The notes beneath the pieces were generated by a model. That model was given only the letters and a program-made list of their open reading frames with translations, was not told the DNA's origin and ran no database searches. The position numbers were made by a program, and so were the translations under genes. A stretch of 32,000 bases of DNA from Propionibacterium ruminifibrarum (GTDB lineage: Bacteria > Actinomycetota > Actinomycetes > Propionibacteriales > Propionibacteriaceae). Shown one piece after another: positions 18,303-26,201 of this stretch (position 1 is the first letter of the stretch; each line of letters opens with the position of its first letter). Location: NCBI RefSeq assembly GCF_900289195.1, contig NZ_OMOH01000001.1, positions 30,001-62,000 on the forward strand. The letters are read 5' to 3'.

Positions 18303-19555
18303 GTGAGATCGTGTCGGGAGCGCTGCCCGATGCCCTGGGGCACTACGGCCCGTTCGGGGGCCGATTCGTGCCCGAGGCGCTGATGGCGGCGCTGCAGGAA
18401 CTGTCCGAGGCCTTCGAGGCCTCCCGGAATGATCCCGAGTTCGCAGCCGAGCTCGCCGACCTGCAGGTCAACTACGCCGGCCGTCCCAGTCCGATCAGCG
18501 AGGCCCGCAACTTCGGCGAACGCTGCTGCGGCGGTGCGCGGATCCTGCTCAAACGCGAGGACCTCAACCACACCGGCAGCCACAAGATCAACAACGTGCT
18601 GGGCCAGGGGCTGCTCACCAGGCGCATGGGCAAGAAACGCGTCATCGCCGAGACCGGAGCCGGCCAGCATGGCGTGGCCACCGCGACGATCGCTGCGCTC
18701 ATGGGCTTCGAGTGCCGCGTCTACATGGGCAGGGTCGACACCGACCGGCAGGCGCTCAACGTGGCGCGCATGCAGCTCCTGGGGGCCGAGGTCGTGGCCG
18801 TCGAGGCCGGCAGCGCCACCCTCAAGGACGCGATGAACGAGGCCATGCGCGACTGGGTTACGAACGTGGACACCACGCACTACCTCATCGGCTCGGCCTC
18901 GGGGCCGTACCCCTTCCCGAAGATGGTCAAGCAGTTCCAGTCGGTCATCTCGGCCGAGTCCCGCGCCCAGATGCTCGACCGCTTCGGCGTCCTGCCCGAT
19001 GCGGTCTGCGCCTGCGTCGGGGGCGGCTCCAACGCCATTGGCTCCTTCGCCGAGTACATCGGGGACGACGACGTGGCCCTCTACGGCTTCGAGGCCGGTG
19101 GGTCCGGTGTCGAGACCGGCGAGCACGCCGCCTCGATCAACGGCGGCTCGGTGGGCGTCCTGCACGGCACACGCACCTTCGTCCTGCAGGACGACGATGG
19201 GCAGACGGTGGAGTCGCACTCCATCTCGGCCGGCCTGGACTACCCGGGTGTCGGCCCGGAGCACGCCTACCTCGCCCAGACCGGCCGCGCCCACTACGAG
19301 CCGGTCAACGACGACGAGGCCATGACCGCCCTGGACCAGCTGACCCGGTGCGAGGGGATCATGCCGGCCATCGAGTCCGCCCATGCGATCGCCGGCGCCC
19401 GCCGTCTGGCCCTGCGCATGCTCGCCGAACGGCCCGATCACCGGCCGACGATCCTGGTGACCGTCTCGGGCCGCGGCGACAAGGACGCTGACACGGCGAT
19501 GCGCTACTTCGGCGTGCACGGCGACGTGGATGCCACCACCGGGAGGATGTCATGA
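18299..19555 (+). CDS. trpB: Tryptophan synthase beta chain
   Basis: [23 protein letters not shown] (PLP lysine), ETGAGQHG, and GGGSNAIG motifs. ATGA overlap with trpC. Confidence 0.96.
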   Translation: MSEIVSGALPDALGHYGPFGGRFVPEALMAALQELSEAFEASRNDPEFAAELADLQVNYAGRPSPISEARNFGERCCGGARILLKREDLNHTGSHKINNVLGQGLLTRRMGKKRVIAETGAGQHGVATATIAALMGFECRVYMGRVDTDRQALNVARMQLLGAEVVAVEAGSATLKDAMNEAMRDWVTNVDTTHYLIGSASGPYPFPKMVKQFQSVISAESRAQMLDRFGVLPDAVCACVGGGSNAIGSFAEYIGDDDVALYGFEAGGSGVETGEHAASINGGSVGVLHGTRTFVLQDDDGQTVESHSISAGLDYPGVGPEHAYLAQTGRAHYEPVNDDEAMTALDQLTRCEGIMPAIESAHAIAGARRLALRMLAERPDHRPTILVTVSGRGDKDADTAMRYFGVHGDVDATTGRMS

Positions 19556-20442
19556 CCGATCTGACCAGGCCCTTCGATGACGAGTCCCGATTGGGTGTCT
19601 CGGGGCGCATGGTGGCCGCCTGCCGGGCCGAGAACCGGGCCGCGCTCGTCGGCTACCTGCCCGTCGGCTACCCCGACGTGCCCGGTTCCATCGCAGCGAT
19701 GGTCGCCCTCACCCAGGGAACCCAGGGCAGGGGAGTGGACGCCGTCGAGATCGGCATGCCCTACTCGGACCCGATGATGGACGGTCTGGCCATCCAGCAC
19801 GCCGACACCAGGGCCATTGAGCGCGGCGTGCGGACCCACGACGTCTTCTCGGCCGTCGAGGCGGTCGCCGCGACCGGTGCCACCCCCCTCGTGATGATCT
19901 ACTACAACCTCGTCGAACACTACGGCGCCAGAGGGCGCAGCACCGATCCGGCCGCCTCCGTGCGGGCCTTCGCCCGGGACCTGGCGAACGCCGGGGGCGC
20001 GGGGCTCATCACGCCCGACCTGACGCCCGATGACGCCGAGTTCTGGACCGCCGCGTCGGACGAGTTCGGGCTCGACCGCATCTACCTGGTCGCCCCCTCC
20101 TCCACCGACGAGCGTGTCGCCCGGACTGCCTCGGCGTGCCGGGGCTGGATCTACTCGACCTCGGTCATGGGCGTCACGGGCGCCCGGGCACAGACCTCCG
20201 ACGCGGCGCCACGACTCGTCGCCCGGGTCCGCTCCCTCGCCCCGGACCTTCCGGTCGGCGTCGGGCTGGGCATCTCCAACGGGACCCAGGCCGGCCAGAT
20301 CGGCGCGTTCGCCGATCTGGCCATCGTCGGTTCGGCGCTGGTGAAGGAGCTCATCGCGGCCGAGGACTCGGGAACCAACTCCCTCGACGGCCTGCGCGCC
20401 CTCGTCGACGATCTGGCGGCCGGGGTGAGGAACTCCCGGTGA
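19552..20442 (+). CDS. trpA: Tryptophan synthase alpha chain
   Basis: [24 protein letters not shown], and GVTGAR motifs. ATGA overlap with trpB. Confidence 0.93.
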   Translation: MTDLTRPFDDESRLGVSGRMVAACRAENRAALVGYLPVGYPDVPGSIAAMVALTQGTQGRGVDAVEIGMPYSDPMMDGLAIQHADTRAIERGVRTHDVFSAVEAVAATGATPLVMIYYNLVEHYGARGRSTDPAASVRAFARDLANAGGAGLITPDLTPDDAEFWTAASDEFGLDRIYLVAPSSTDERVARTASACRGWIYSTSVMGVTGARAQTSDAAPRLVARVRSLAPDLPVGVGLGISNGTQAGQIGAFADLAIVGSALVKELIAAEDSGTNSLDGLRALVDDLAAGVRNSR

Positions 20443-21425
20443 CGACGCTGTTCCTCCCCAGCCCGGCCGCCAGTTCCTTCTCGATCGGCCCGGTCACTGT
20501 GCACTACTACGCCCTGTGCATCCTGGCCGGCATCTTCGTGGCCTGGTGGCTCAGCGCGCGCAGGCTTCGCGCGCGGGGGGCCGAGCCCGGCCAGTTCGAC
20601 TCCATGATGGGCTGGGCCGTCGTGGCGGGCATCGTCGGCGCCCGCGCCTACCACGTCGTCACCGATCACCAGTTCTACTTCGGCCCCGGGCGCGACCCGG
20701 TCGACGCCCTCAAGATCTGGAACGGGGGCCTGGGCGTCTGGGGCGCCGTCCTCGGCGGTGGTCTGGCGGTCCTCGTGTGGTGCCGCGTGCACCGGGTGCG
20801 TTTCGGGGCGGTGGCCGATGCGATCGCCCCGGCACTGCTGCTCGCCCAGGGCATCGGCCGGGTCGGCAACTGGTTCAACCAGGAACTCTTCGGACGCCCG
20901 ACCTCGCTGCCGTGGGGCCTGGAGATCGACGTGGCGCACCGGCCGAGCGGCTACGTGCAGTACGCGACCTTCCACCCGACCTTCCTCTACGAACTGATCT
21001 GGGACGTCGCGGGCGGCATTCTCCTGCTGTGGGCGTCCTCGCGGTTCAGGCTGGGCCGCGGGAAGACCTTCACCGCCTATGTCGCCTACTACTGCCTGGG
21101 CCGCTTCTTCATCGAACTCCTTCGCATCGACCCGGCCAACCAGATCGGCGGGCTCCGGGTCAACAACTACACCAGCGCGATCTGTTTCCTCGCCGCGCTG
21201 GCGCTGCTCGCCTGGCAGCTGCGGTACCGTCCCGGCTGCGGTCCCAGGCTCGACGCCGACAGGCCGGGGCCAGAGGCCGAGCAGGACGGCGAGCACGCCG
21301 AGACCCCGGCCCGGGCCGGCGGGGACATCACCGGTGAGAATCCCTCCGGTTCGGGTTCCCGGCGAGGGGAGGACGGCGGTGCCCCGGTGAGCCGAGCAGC
21401 GGACCAGGACGTCACCGACGGGTGA
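20439..21425 (+). CDS. lgt: Prolipoprotein diacylglyceryl transferase with an acidic/Gly-rich C-terminal tail
   Basis: HYYALCILAGI, GARAYHV, IWNGGLGVWGAV, GRVGNWFNQELFGRPT, and HPTFLYE motifs. GTG 20439 overlaps the trpA TGA. The trpA-lgt adjacency is typical of actinobacteria. Confidence 0.9.
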   Translation: MTTLFLPSPAASSFSIGPVTVHYYALCILAGIFVAWWLSARRLRARGAEPGQFDSMMGWAVVAGIVGARAYHVVTDHQFYFGPGRDPVDALKIWNGGLGVWGAVLGGGLAVLVWCRVHRVRFGAVADAIAPALLLAQGIGRVGNWFNQELFGRPTSLPWGLEIDVAHRPSGYVQYATFHPTFLYELIWDVAGGILLLWASSRFRLGRGKTFTAYVAYYCLGRFFIELLRIDPANQIGGLRVNNYTSAICFLAALALLAWQLRYRPGCGPRLDADRPGPEAEQDGEHAETPARAGGDITGENPSGSGSRRGEDGGAPVSRAADQDVTDG

Positions 21426-21432
21426 GGCGCCT

Positions 21433-21621
21433 GCTCACAGCCAGTCCCGCCGTTTGAAGACGATGTAGAGCACCATGGCCGAGGCGGCCATGAGTCCGAG
21501 GGCCATCGGGTAGCCGTAGCGCCAGTCCAGTTCGGGCATGTGGGAGAAGTTCATGCCGTAGATCGAGCCGATGAGGGTCGGGACGAGCAGGATGGCGCCC
21601 CACGAGGAGACCGTCTTCATG
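21433..21621. repeat. Left copy of a perfect 189-bp direct repeat (corA 3' end)
   Basis: Base-for-base identical to 25145-25333 (offset 3712 bp), checked by eye along the full length. Confidence 0.95.
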
Positions 21622-21651
21622 CTCTCGGTGCGTTGCTGGTCGGTGAGGGCC
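21435..21651 (-). pseudogene. corA: Orphan 3' fragment of a corA magnesium-transporter gene (last ~70 codons only)
   Basis: Encodes ..LTDQQRTES-MKTVSSWGAILLVPTLIGSIYGMNFSHMPELDWRYGYPMALGLMAASAMVLYIVFKRRDWL, covering the YGMN motif and both TM helices. There is no 5' part. Homology stops at about 21651, where the transposase relic begins. Confidence 0.85.
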
Positions 21652-22511
21652 TTCGGTGAAGGTGACGTTGCGGGCTTGGTGGCGCTGGTTCCTGGTGCCC
21701 CGGTGCCCTCGGCCCCAGGCCACGATGGCTGCGGGCTGGGCCTGATTCATCGGGGCCGAGATGATCAGGTGGGCGATCCTCGACGGTCTTCTTCCCGTTG
21801 ATGATGCGGGCGCGCCGGATCTTGACGATTTGACGGGCGCTGGGGAGCCGATCCAGGCCGGGGTCACAACTGCATGGATCGTGCGCGTGACCTTCAGACC
21901 GCGTGGAAATTGGGTTGGGAATCCTGCGGGACGTGTTTCCAGAGCAGGTGCTCCAGAACGCGGTAGGGACTCGGCTGGTTGAGCTTCACGGGATAGGTAG
22001 TCGCCATGCTGATCTGCGACCTGTTTGGGCGGTCATGGCCTGGATGAGTAGTGCGTCCATCGCCCATGACCGCCCCCAGATCCATCAGGGCTGGTAGGTG
22101 GCAGGTGGCTGAGATTTCGTTCGGCTCGATCCGTGACGTGGGCTGGCCCAGTGCCGGGTCATGCGGGGGTGGGTTGCTACCAGATGCGGGGCATCAGCGT
22201 CGTGGGCCCGTGCATGGTTTTGTCGTCGAGGGCGAGGGTCAGCTTGCCGCCGGTGGTCTGCGCGCGTAGCCGTGGCCATGCTTCCGGATCAGGAAGAGGG
22301 TCTCGGCCTCCAGCCACTCGATCACCCGGAGAAGCGTGGCCCCGCTGACCACATTGGTGGGATGGTCGAGTCGGGCCAAGAGCCTGGTCTGGTGTCGGCA
22401 GCGTAGTCGTCCGATCGCGTGCACCGATTTCGCGCCGGGCCACGGCTGCGACAGCAGGGCCAGCATCACCGACATCGGATGCCGACCGGGCACATGGGTA
22501 AACAGTGACAT
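21652..22511 (-). mobile_element. ISAs1-family (H-repeat-associated) transposase gene relic, multiply frameshifted and 3'-truncated
   Basis: Segments spread over three frames are collinear with the YhhI-type transposase as recalled from memory. In order: MSLFTHVPGRHPMSVMLALLSQPWPGAKSVHAIG; KLTLALDDKTMHG (compare IAIDGKTLR); HLVATH..LGQPTSRIEPNEISA; LMDLGAV / AMDALLIQAMTAQ (DDE region, compare TTDAMGCQ); QVADQHGDYL / VKLNQP; PSARQIVKIRRARIINGKKTVE; RGHRGTRNQRHQARNVTFTEG (compare HWxVENxLHWxLDVxxxED). The gene ends abruptly there. A GGGAGGA RBS precedes ATG 22511. No inverted repeats could be identified. Confidence 0.65.
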
Positions 22512-22960
22512 GTTCCTCCCCGGTCATACTTATCAGTGCTGGGGATGGGGCGTTCTGTCTGTCATTCCTGACCCGGCGTCTTGTCGGTCGGCGTCACATG
22601 CCCCATAGGATCTGGAAGCCTCGGAAATCGACTTGGGGTTTTAGTGATTCTAAACCAACTGGTTCGATGAACTCCACACTGTATTTCGGTGTCGATATGA
22701 TCTATTTCTGTCTCATGATCATTTCAGTTACCTTCCAACAACATCAAACGCTCCAGGATATGCGCCGTGACGCCGCGCGAATCATCTCCCCTAATGCTAC
22801 CGCCTGGTCAGGGACCAGATCGGAGCATGGATCCGACGCGGCTTCACGGCCGATGGCTGCTAACCATCCTTCGGTTCACTCACCTAAGATCCTGATCCAC
22901 CCAAAATCTGGGCGGGGCCTGATCGTGCTGCTCTTGTAGTTGGCCATCTTGAAGACTATG

Positions 22961-22976
22961 ATGAATGATCATTCAT
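22961..22976. promoter_or_regulatory. Perfect 16-bp palindrome ATGAATGATCATTCAT, candidate TetR operator
   Basis: Self-complementary. It ends 4 nt before the GGAGGAG RBS of the membrane-protein gene (ATG 22990). The related site CGTATGATCATTCG precedes the TetR gene. Confidence 0.5.
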
Positions 22977-22989
22977 TCAAGGAGGAGAG

Positions 22990-24075
22990 ATGACTGGTCA
23001 AGAGCTAACACCCCCACCTGTCGTGAGTAGCTGGAGTAGGGTGACCTGGATCACGGTGCTCGTGTCGGCTGTGCTGTCCTTGCTGATCCTCACCTTTGCT
23101 TGGCCGAGCTCCCGTGCTGAGATGTCGGGGCAGACGATTGCGGTGACTGGGGATGCTGAGCTGGTCGAACAGTTCATGTCCAATGTCAGTGGTGGCCTGA
23201 GCGGGATCGCAGACTTGGAGCAGGTCAGCGATCGGGACGCGGCTGTCGCGGGCGTGCTGAAGCGAGATTTCATAGGTGCCGTCGTGCTCGTTGACGGAGC
23301 CCCTGAGGTACTGACCGCGTCAGCAAACGGGCAGGTGCCGACTGCAGTCATGACCGAGGTCTCTGGGCGATTGCAGACCATGCTGGACGCGCAGATCTAC
23401 GACGGGATCCGCAGCGGGATCGATGCTGCAGCAGAGCGTGGGATCGATCCAGCGGCCGTGGCCGGACAGCTGCCCGAGTCGCTTCCCCAGGTGGCCGTGA
23501 CAGACCTGGTGCCCTATTCCTCGGATGACCCGAGTGGGGCTGGCGCCACAGCCGCTGGTATTCCGCTCACGGTTGGCGCCCTGCTCGCCGGGCTGACGAT
23601 CGCTTATCTGGTCAAGGGCGTGTGGCGCAAGGCAGCCGCTGTGCTTGGACTCGGGGTCGGCGGGGGCCTGCTGCTCGCCCTGATCCTGGATACGTGGCTT
23701 CAGGTGTACCCGGGATCCTTCGGTGCCCTCTGGCTGGCCCTAGGGCTGTCCCTCATGGCGACGAGCGGGCTGTTCTCCGGTCTGCACGCAGCCTTCGGCG
23801 AGGTGGGCATAGGGATCGCTGCGGGGATCACCCTGTTCGCCGCGATGCCATGGGCTGCATTTGCCGTTCCCTACAAGTTCCTTCCCGCCGGTCTGGGTTG
23901 CATCGGACAATGTCTCATCCCCGGTTCGACGACAACGCTGCTCCGGATCGTCAGCTACTTCCCTGATGCCAGTGCAGCGGGCCAGTGGTGTGTGCTGTGT
24001 GCATGGCTTCTCGTCGATGTCGTGCTGCTCGCGCTCGGGCGTCGTTCCACCGCACGGATGCGGGCGGAAGCCTGA
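22990..24075 (+). CDS. Integral membrane protein with ABC-2 / YhgE-Pip-like topology (N-terminal TM, ~150-aa external domain, C-terminal TM bundle)
   Basis: 361 aa. It has an N-terminal helix WITVLVSAVLSLLILTFAW, a soluble stretch to about residue 185, then 5-6 hydrophobic helices. A strong RBS is present. G+C is lower than in core genes (about 57-58% by hand count of the first 120 nt). The family call rests on topology and memory only. Confidence 0.55.
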   Translation: MTGQELTPPPVVSSWSRVTWITVLVSAVLSLLILTFAWPSSRAEMSGQTIAVTGDAELVEQFMSNVSGGLSGIADLEQVSDRDAAVAGVLKRDFIGAVVLVDGAPEVLTASANGQVPTAVMTEVSGRLQTMLDAQIYDGIRSGIDAAAERGIDPAAVAGQLPESLPQVAVTDLVPYSSDDPSGAGATAAGIPLTVGALLAGLTIAYLVKGVWRKAAAVLGLGVGGGLLLALILDTWLQVYPGSFGALWLALGLSLMATSGLFSGLHAAFGEVGIGIAAGITLFAAMPWAAFAVPYKFLPAGLGCIGQCLIPGSTTTLLRIVSYFPDASAAGQWCVLCAWLLVDVVLLALGRRSTARMRAEA

Positions 24076-24084
24076 GAGGCGGCG

Positions 24085-24115
24085 GGTCGGGCCGGGGGAC
24101 TGCCCCGGCCCGACC
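24085..24115 (+). terminator. Hairpin directly after the membrane-protein gene
   Basis: 13-bp stem ggtcgggccgggg / ccccggcccgacc with a 5-nt loop, starting 10 nt after TGA at 24073-24075 and followed by gctcttc. Confidence 0.5.
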
Positions 24116-24195
24116 GGCTCTTCGCGTGTCCCGATGGGTTCCTATCGAGCGCTCTCACTTGGGCAAGTGCGCGTCGTTAGCACGTGGTCTGTTAC

Positions 24196-24210
24196 CGTAT
24201 GATCATTCGT
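24196..24210. promoter_or_regulatory. Operator-like site CGTATGATCATTCGT upstream of the TetR gene
   Basis: Shares the 12-mer (G)TATGATCATTC with the 22961 palindrome (GAATGATCATTC), with one mismatch. It lies about 21 nt upstream of GTG 24231. Confidence 0.4.
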
Positions 24211-24230
24211 TCTCTGAAGTGAGGATTGTC

Positions 24231-24827
24231 GTGGTGAAGGTCAGCAGCGAGTACATGCAGGCGAAGCGAGACCAGATCGCCCGCGCCGCCATTGAGCAGT
24301 TCTCGCGACGAGGAATTCACCTGACCTCGATGGCCAACATCATCGAGGCTTCCGAACTGTCGGCCGGTACGATCTATATCCATTTCAAGGGAAAGAACGA
24401 GATTATCGCTTACGTCGCCCGGACGACCTTCAGCGGTCTGTTCGCTGAGGTGGAGGCTGCTGTCACCACGGAGCCGCCGCCGCGGCCAAGCGAGCTGATT
24501 GACCTGATCACCTCACGCATCGCCACCGCCGACATCCCCTCAGGGCTCTTGATCCAAGTCTGGGGTGAGGCCGTGTCAAACCAGGAGGTCCGGAGGGCGG
24601 CGAACTCCGTCTATGAGCAGGCGCTTGACACCCTCCGCGAGTACTGCGTGGCCTGGATGCTCTCTGGCGAAGGGAAAGGTCTGCCCACAGCCCGACGTGA
24701 GGCACCCGCTCGCGCTCATCTGATGGTCAGTCTCATCTACGCGCAGATCCTCCAGATGTCACTCATCGATGGCTACGACACAGGCTCCCTCAGTGCGGAG
24801 CTCGCGACCCTGCTTGACCGCTCCTGA
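24231..24827 (+). CDS. TetR/AcrR-family transcriptional regulator
   Basis: The N-terminal HTH is RDQIARAAIEQFSRRGIHLTSMANIIEASELSAGTIYIHFKGKNEII. 198 aa from GTG 24231 (GTGAGGA RBS); GTG 24234 or ATG 24255 are alternative starts. Confidence 0.9.
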   Translation: MVKVSSEYMQAKRDQIARAAIEQFSRRGIHLTSMANIIEASELSAGTIYIHFKGKNEIIAYVARTTFSGLFAEVEAAVTTEPPPRPSELIDLITSRIATADIPSGLLIQVWGEAVSNQEVRRAANSVYEQALDTLREYCVAWMLSGEGKGLPTARREAPARAHLMVSLIYAQILQMSLIDGYDTGSLSAELATLLDRS

Positions 24828-25144
24828 TGCCTGGCAGTGTGCGGAATCTGGCCTCACAGCCGGTCGCGTCGTTCGAGGATGGCGGGGCTCTCCTGTTCGA
24901 GGACGTGTCCCCGGTGGAGCCGACGTACGTGGTGTCGGCTGGGCTGAGAACCGGAGGAGCAGGCCGTGCGGCGAGTATGCTTCGAGCGCTTCTCATCGGC
25001 TATTGCTTGTGGGCCACTCGATACAGTGGACGCTCATTGTCGACTCTCTGCCACTGATCGCCGTCATCCTCATTGCGGGACTGTCGACCTGTTGGGAAGT
25101 GGTGAGTGGTTCCGTGCTGGTGAGCCCTGAGCGAATCTTCTGGG

Positions 25145-25333
25145 GCTCACAGCCAGTCCCGCCGTTTGAAGACGATGTAGAGCACCATGGCCGAGGCGGC
25201 CATGAGTCCGAGGGCCATCGGGTAGCCGTAGCGCCAGTCCAGTTCGGGCATGTGGGAGAAGTTCATGCCGTAGATCGAGCCGATGAGGGTCGGGACGAGC
25301 AGGATGGCGCCCCACGAGGAGACCGTCTTCATG
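25145..25333. repeat. Right copy of the perfect 189-bp direct repeat (3' end of intact corA)
   Basis: Identical to 21433-21621. Confidence 0.95.
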
Positions 25334-26166
25334 TTGTCGTTGCGTCGCTGGTCGGCGAGGGTCGCGTTGACCGTCAGGATCTGCGTCAGCAGTTCGCGCA
25401 CCTGACTGATCTGCTCGCCGACGCGGCGTACGTGGTCGGCCACGTCGCCGAGGTGGGCGCGCAGTTCGGCGGCGACGCCGTGCTTGTCGAACCCGGCCCG
25501 CAGCGCCTCGATGATGTCCGATATCGGGGCGACGGCCTGCTGCAGGTCCAGGGCCTCGCGGCCCAGCCGGTAGATGCGTTCCGGGGCGGCCGTGTCGCCG
25601 CTGAACACCTGTCGTTCGATCTGGTGCAGATCGGTCTGCACACCACGCACGACCGGGAAGACCGAGTCGACCACCGCGTCGAGGATGCCGTAGAGCAGGG
25701 CCTCCGATCCCAGGGCGAGGAAGTCCGGCGGGTAGCGGAGCGGTGAGCCGGGCCAGATGAGGCCGTGCGCGGTCGGGCGCACCAGCATGACGACGAGATT
25801 CTCCCGCTTGAGGACGTGCACCTCGGCGACGTCGACGTCCTCGATGTCATCCAGGTAGAAGACCGGCTCGACGACCATGAACAGGGCGTCGTCGTAGCGT
25901 TCCAGCTTCGGCCGCTGGTGCCCCTTGCGCAGATCCTCGACGAGCAGCGGATGCAGGTTCATCGCCTGCTCCAGGCCGCGGATCTGCGACGGGGCCGGGT
26001 CGGAGTAGGTGACCAGCGCCGTACGCTCGGGATGGTCGGCCAGGAAGTCGAGCGCATCGGAGAGTTCGCCCGTCCCGTCGCGGAGGATCCAGCGTCCCTC
26101 GTCGAAAAGACTGATGGTGACCGTCCCGCCCACCGGTCCGGTCCCGGCTCGCTGGTCGTTCCTCAT
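25147..26166 (-). CDS. corA: CorA-family magnesium/cobalt transporter
   Basis: 339 aa with a cytoplasmic N-domain, a YGMNF motif and two C-terminal TM helices. A GGGGAGGGGG RBS precedes ATG 26166. Confidence 0.92.
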   Translation of the reverse strand: MRNDQRAGTGPVGGTVTISLFDEGRWILRDGTGELSDALDFLADHPERTALVTYSDPAPSQIRGLEQAMNLHPLLVEDLRKGHQRPKLERYDDALFMVVEPVFYLDDIEDVDVAEVHVLKRENLVVMLVRPTAHGLIWPGSPLRYPPDFLALGSEALLYGILDAVVDSVFPVVRGVQTDLHQIERQVFSGDTAAPERIYRLGREALDLQQAVAPISDIIEALRAGFDKHGVAAELRAHLGDVADHVRRVGEQISQVRELLTQILTVNATLADQRRNDNMKTVSSWGAILLVPTLIGSIYGMNFSHMPELDWRYGYPMALGLMAASAMVLYIVFKRRDWL

Positions 26167-26201
26167 GGAGCCCCCTCCCCGGCGCCGGAGCGGCGCGATG
26201 T

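Noticed and set aside
21622-21700. Initial impression that corA homology continues for more than 80 bp beyond the repeat (..NVTFTEG..)
   Set aside because: Only about 30 bp (to about 21651) aligns with corA. The NVTFTEG peptide belongs to the conserved C-terminal motif of the ISAs1 transposase read in another frame.
22505-22939. 144-aa ORF in the AT-rich spacer of the islet
   Set aside because: It has no RBS, no recognisable family and patchy composition. Its 5' part overlaps the transposase start region on the other strand. It cannot be supported as a gene, although a short membrane peptide (MNSTLYFGVDMIYFCLMIISV...) cannot be excluded.
24769-25746. 325-aa plus-strand ORF spanning the TetR end, the spacer and corA
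   Set aside because: Most of it is antisense to the well-supported corA gene, and the remainder has no start context.
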